DNA from: the human T2T-CHM13v2.0 reference genome, Homo sapiens
Strand: one strand, 5' to 3'
DNA length: 64,000 nucleotides
Assembly (NCBI RefSeq): GCF_009914755.1
Contig: NC_060931.1
Both the position numbers and the translations under genes were made by a program. Of the stretch, positions 62,550 to 64,000 are shown one piece after another (position 1 is the first letter of the stretch; each line of letters starts with the position of its first letter). The notes beneath the pieces were generated by a model, which was not told the origin of the DNA, did not search any database, and worked only from the letters and a program-made list of their open reading frames with translations.

Positions 62550-64000
62550 CTTTAGAAGAAAGAAAGGTCACTGAATGATATTTAAGTTTTCCCATAACAG
62601 GTTATGGGCTCTCAGTTATTTCTGAAGTAAGGAGAACTGGTAAGGCTGCTGAAAATGCTTACAGTGCATTTTTGAAAACCATTTGGATGATTTGATATCA
62701 CTTCTTTAACTATTAACATTTCTTTACTGAAAGTGATACAGATGCTTTTATTTTACTAAATTACTTCTCAATTATTTAGCTTATAGTATGATCTTAGGTA
62801 ACAAAGCTAATTTTATATTCTCTTGTGATTATTAACCTAAATCTGGTATAATGAGATGCTTCCTCCCCTCAGGAGCGGTCCAGCTGTGACTCAGCTGCAT
62901 CAAATTTATGTCTTCTGAAATTAAGACACCTGGATTTGTTTGCTAAACTCTATTTAAAAACTACTCAGTGAGGATTCTCTTGATTTTGCACCATTCACAG
63001 GAAGAAATTCTGAAAGTTGAATTATTGGTTCCCGTATTTTTTATTTTTTATTTTTTTTTATAAAATCATGATAAACAGAACTCTTACTTCATCCATTTTG
63101 TTGTTGCTGTTGCCGCATTTTGCTTTTTCTTCCTCCTTTCCTCTCCCTCTTGGCAAAAGAATGCTACAAAAATATAAAGATTGTTGTAATCTGGGGCGAA
63201 ATTATCCATCCACCTAAATAATCTCCTCCTGTTATCTTTGATGAATATGTCTAACACCATTAATAAGCAATAGTTTCTTATAAAAAATGCAGCCGTTTCC
63301 AAGAAAATTTTGATGCTTGACTTTTGGGGTATTCTCTCATCTGACTTCTTTCAAATGTTTGTGAAATCGCTGATTTGGAAATCTTTAGACTTAGCCAATA
63401 AAAGTGAAATAATGTAAATGGATATGGATTTGAATAAAGAATATGGTTTTATTTTTAAGTAAAATGAGAAAAACATTCAAGGGCTCATAGTCCCTTAGTT
63501 TCATCACCCAGTTTCATCCCAAAGCTGCCATAGAAGCTCCTGTCTGAAAAATATGCCTACTCTACTCTTGAAAGCCCATTCTTGGCATCACGGATGCCAC
63601 CACCAAATGCCAGACAATGCTGGCAACTACAGAATTGCTGTCATTTCTCATTAGCAGGCATCAAAATGTCCTAATACTCTCTGCCACTATCTGGGCCTGT
63701 TGAGATATTAATTAAACATGTCTTTCTTGCCAAGTCATGTGATCAACTTTCACTAGGCTAGGTAGAGCCAAGTGAGCCCATCCAACTACACTGGATAAAG
63801 AAATACCTCTAAGAATTTGTCTGTGAAGAGGAAAATGCCTCCCATTTGTATTACTGCAAAGGAATTCAGAGCTCTAGAAAAGCCTGTGTGTGTTTTCTAC
63901 CATATGGCTATCTGTTGCTGAGTTATCCCACTTAGAGAATATTCAAGCATTTGATGGAAACATATCCCTACTCGGAAAATGAGCTCCTCTAGAGTTTGAA

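Overview
This is primate (human-like) genomic DNA: AT-rich, CpG-poor and dense in Alu, L1, L2, MIR, MaLR/ERV LTR and MER DNA-transposon relics. The only convincing coding sequence is one 107-bp exon on the + strand (52185-52291) encoding an EGF-like domain, (R)[35 protein letters not shown](S). I recognise this as CNTNAP2/CASPR2 (from memory exon 11, human 7q35), so the rest of the window is two very large introns. Nearly all other ORFs are translations of repeats or chance ORFs. I find no evidence of a new multi-gene system. The most unusual signals are structural: a 5'-intact but 3'-truncated 6-kb L1 flanked by a ~47-bp duplication; two short dispersed near-perfect duplications (35 bp, one copy inside a perfect hairpin, and 30 bp); an 8x45-bp VNTR born from L2 sequence; a young-looking Alu with a 56-nt pure tail and mixed S/Y diagnostics; a 76-bp tandem duplication; a ~30-bp L1 insertion with a TSD; and RBFOX/QKI motifs plus inverted Alus around the frame-shifting exon. 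Repeat subfamily names come from remembered consensus sequences and need RepeatMasker/Dfam confirmation.
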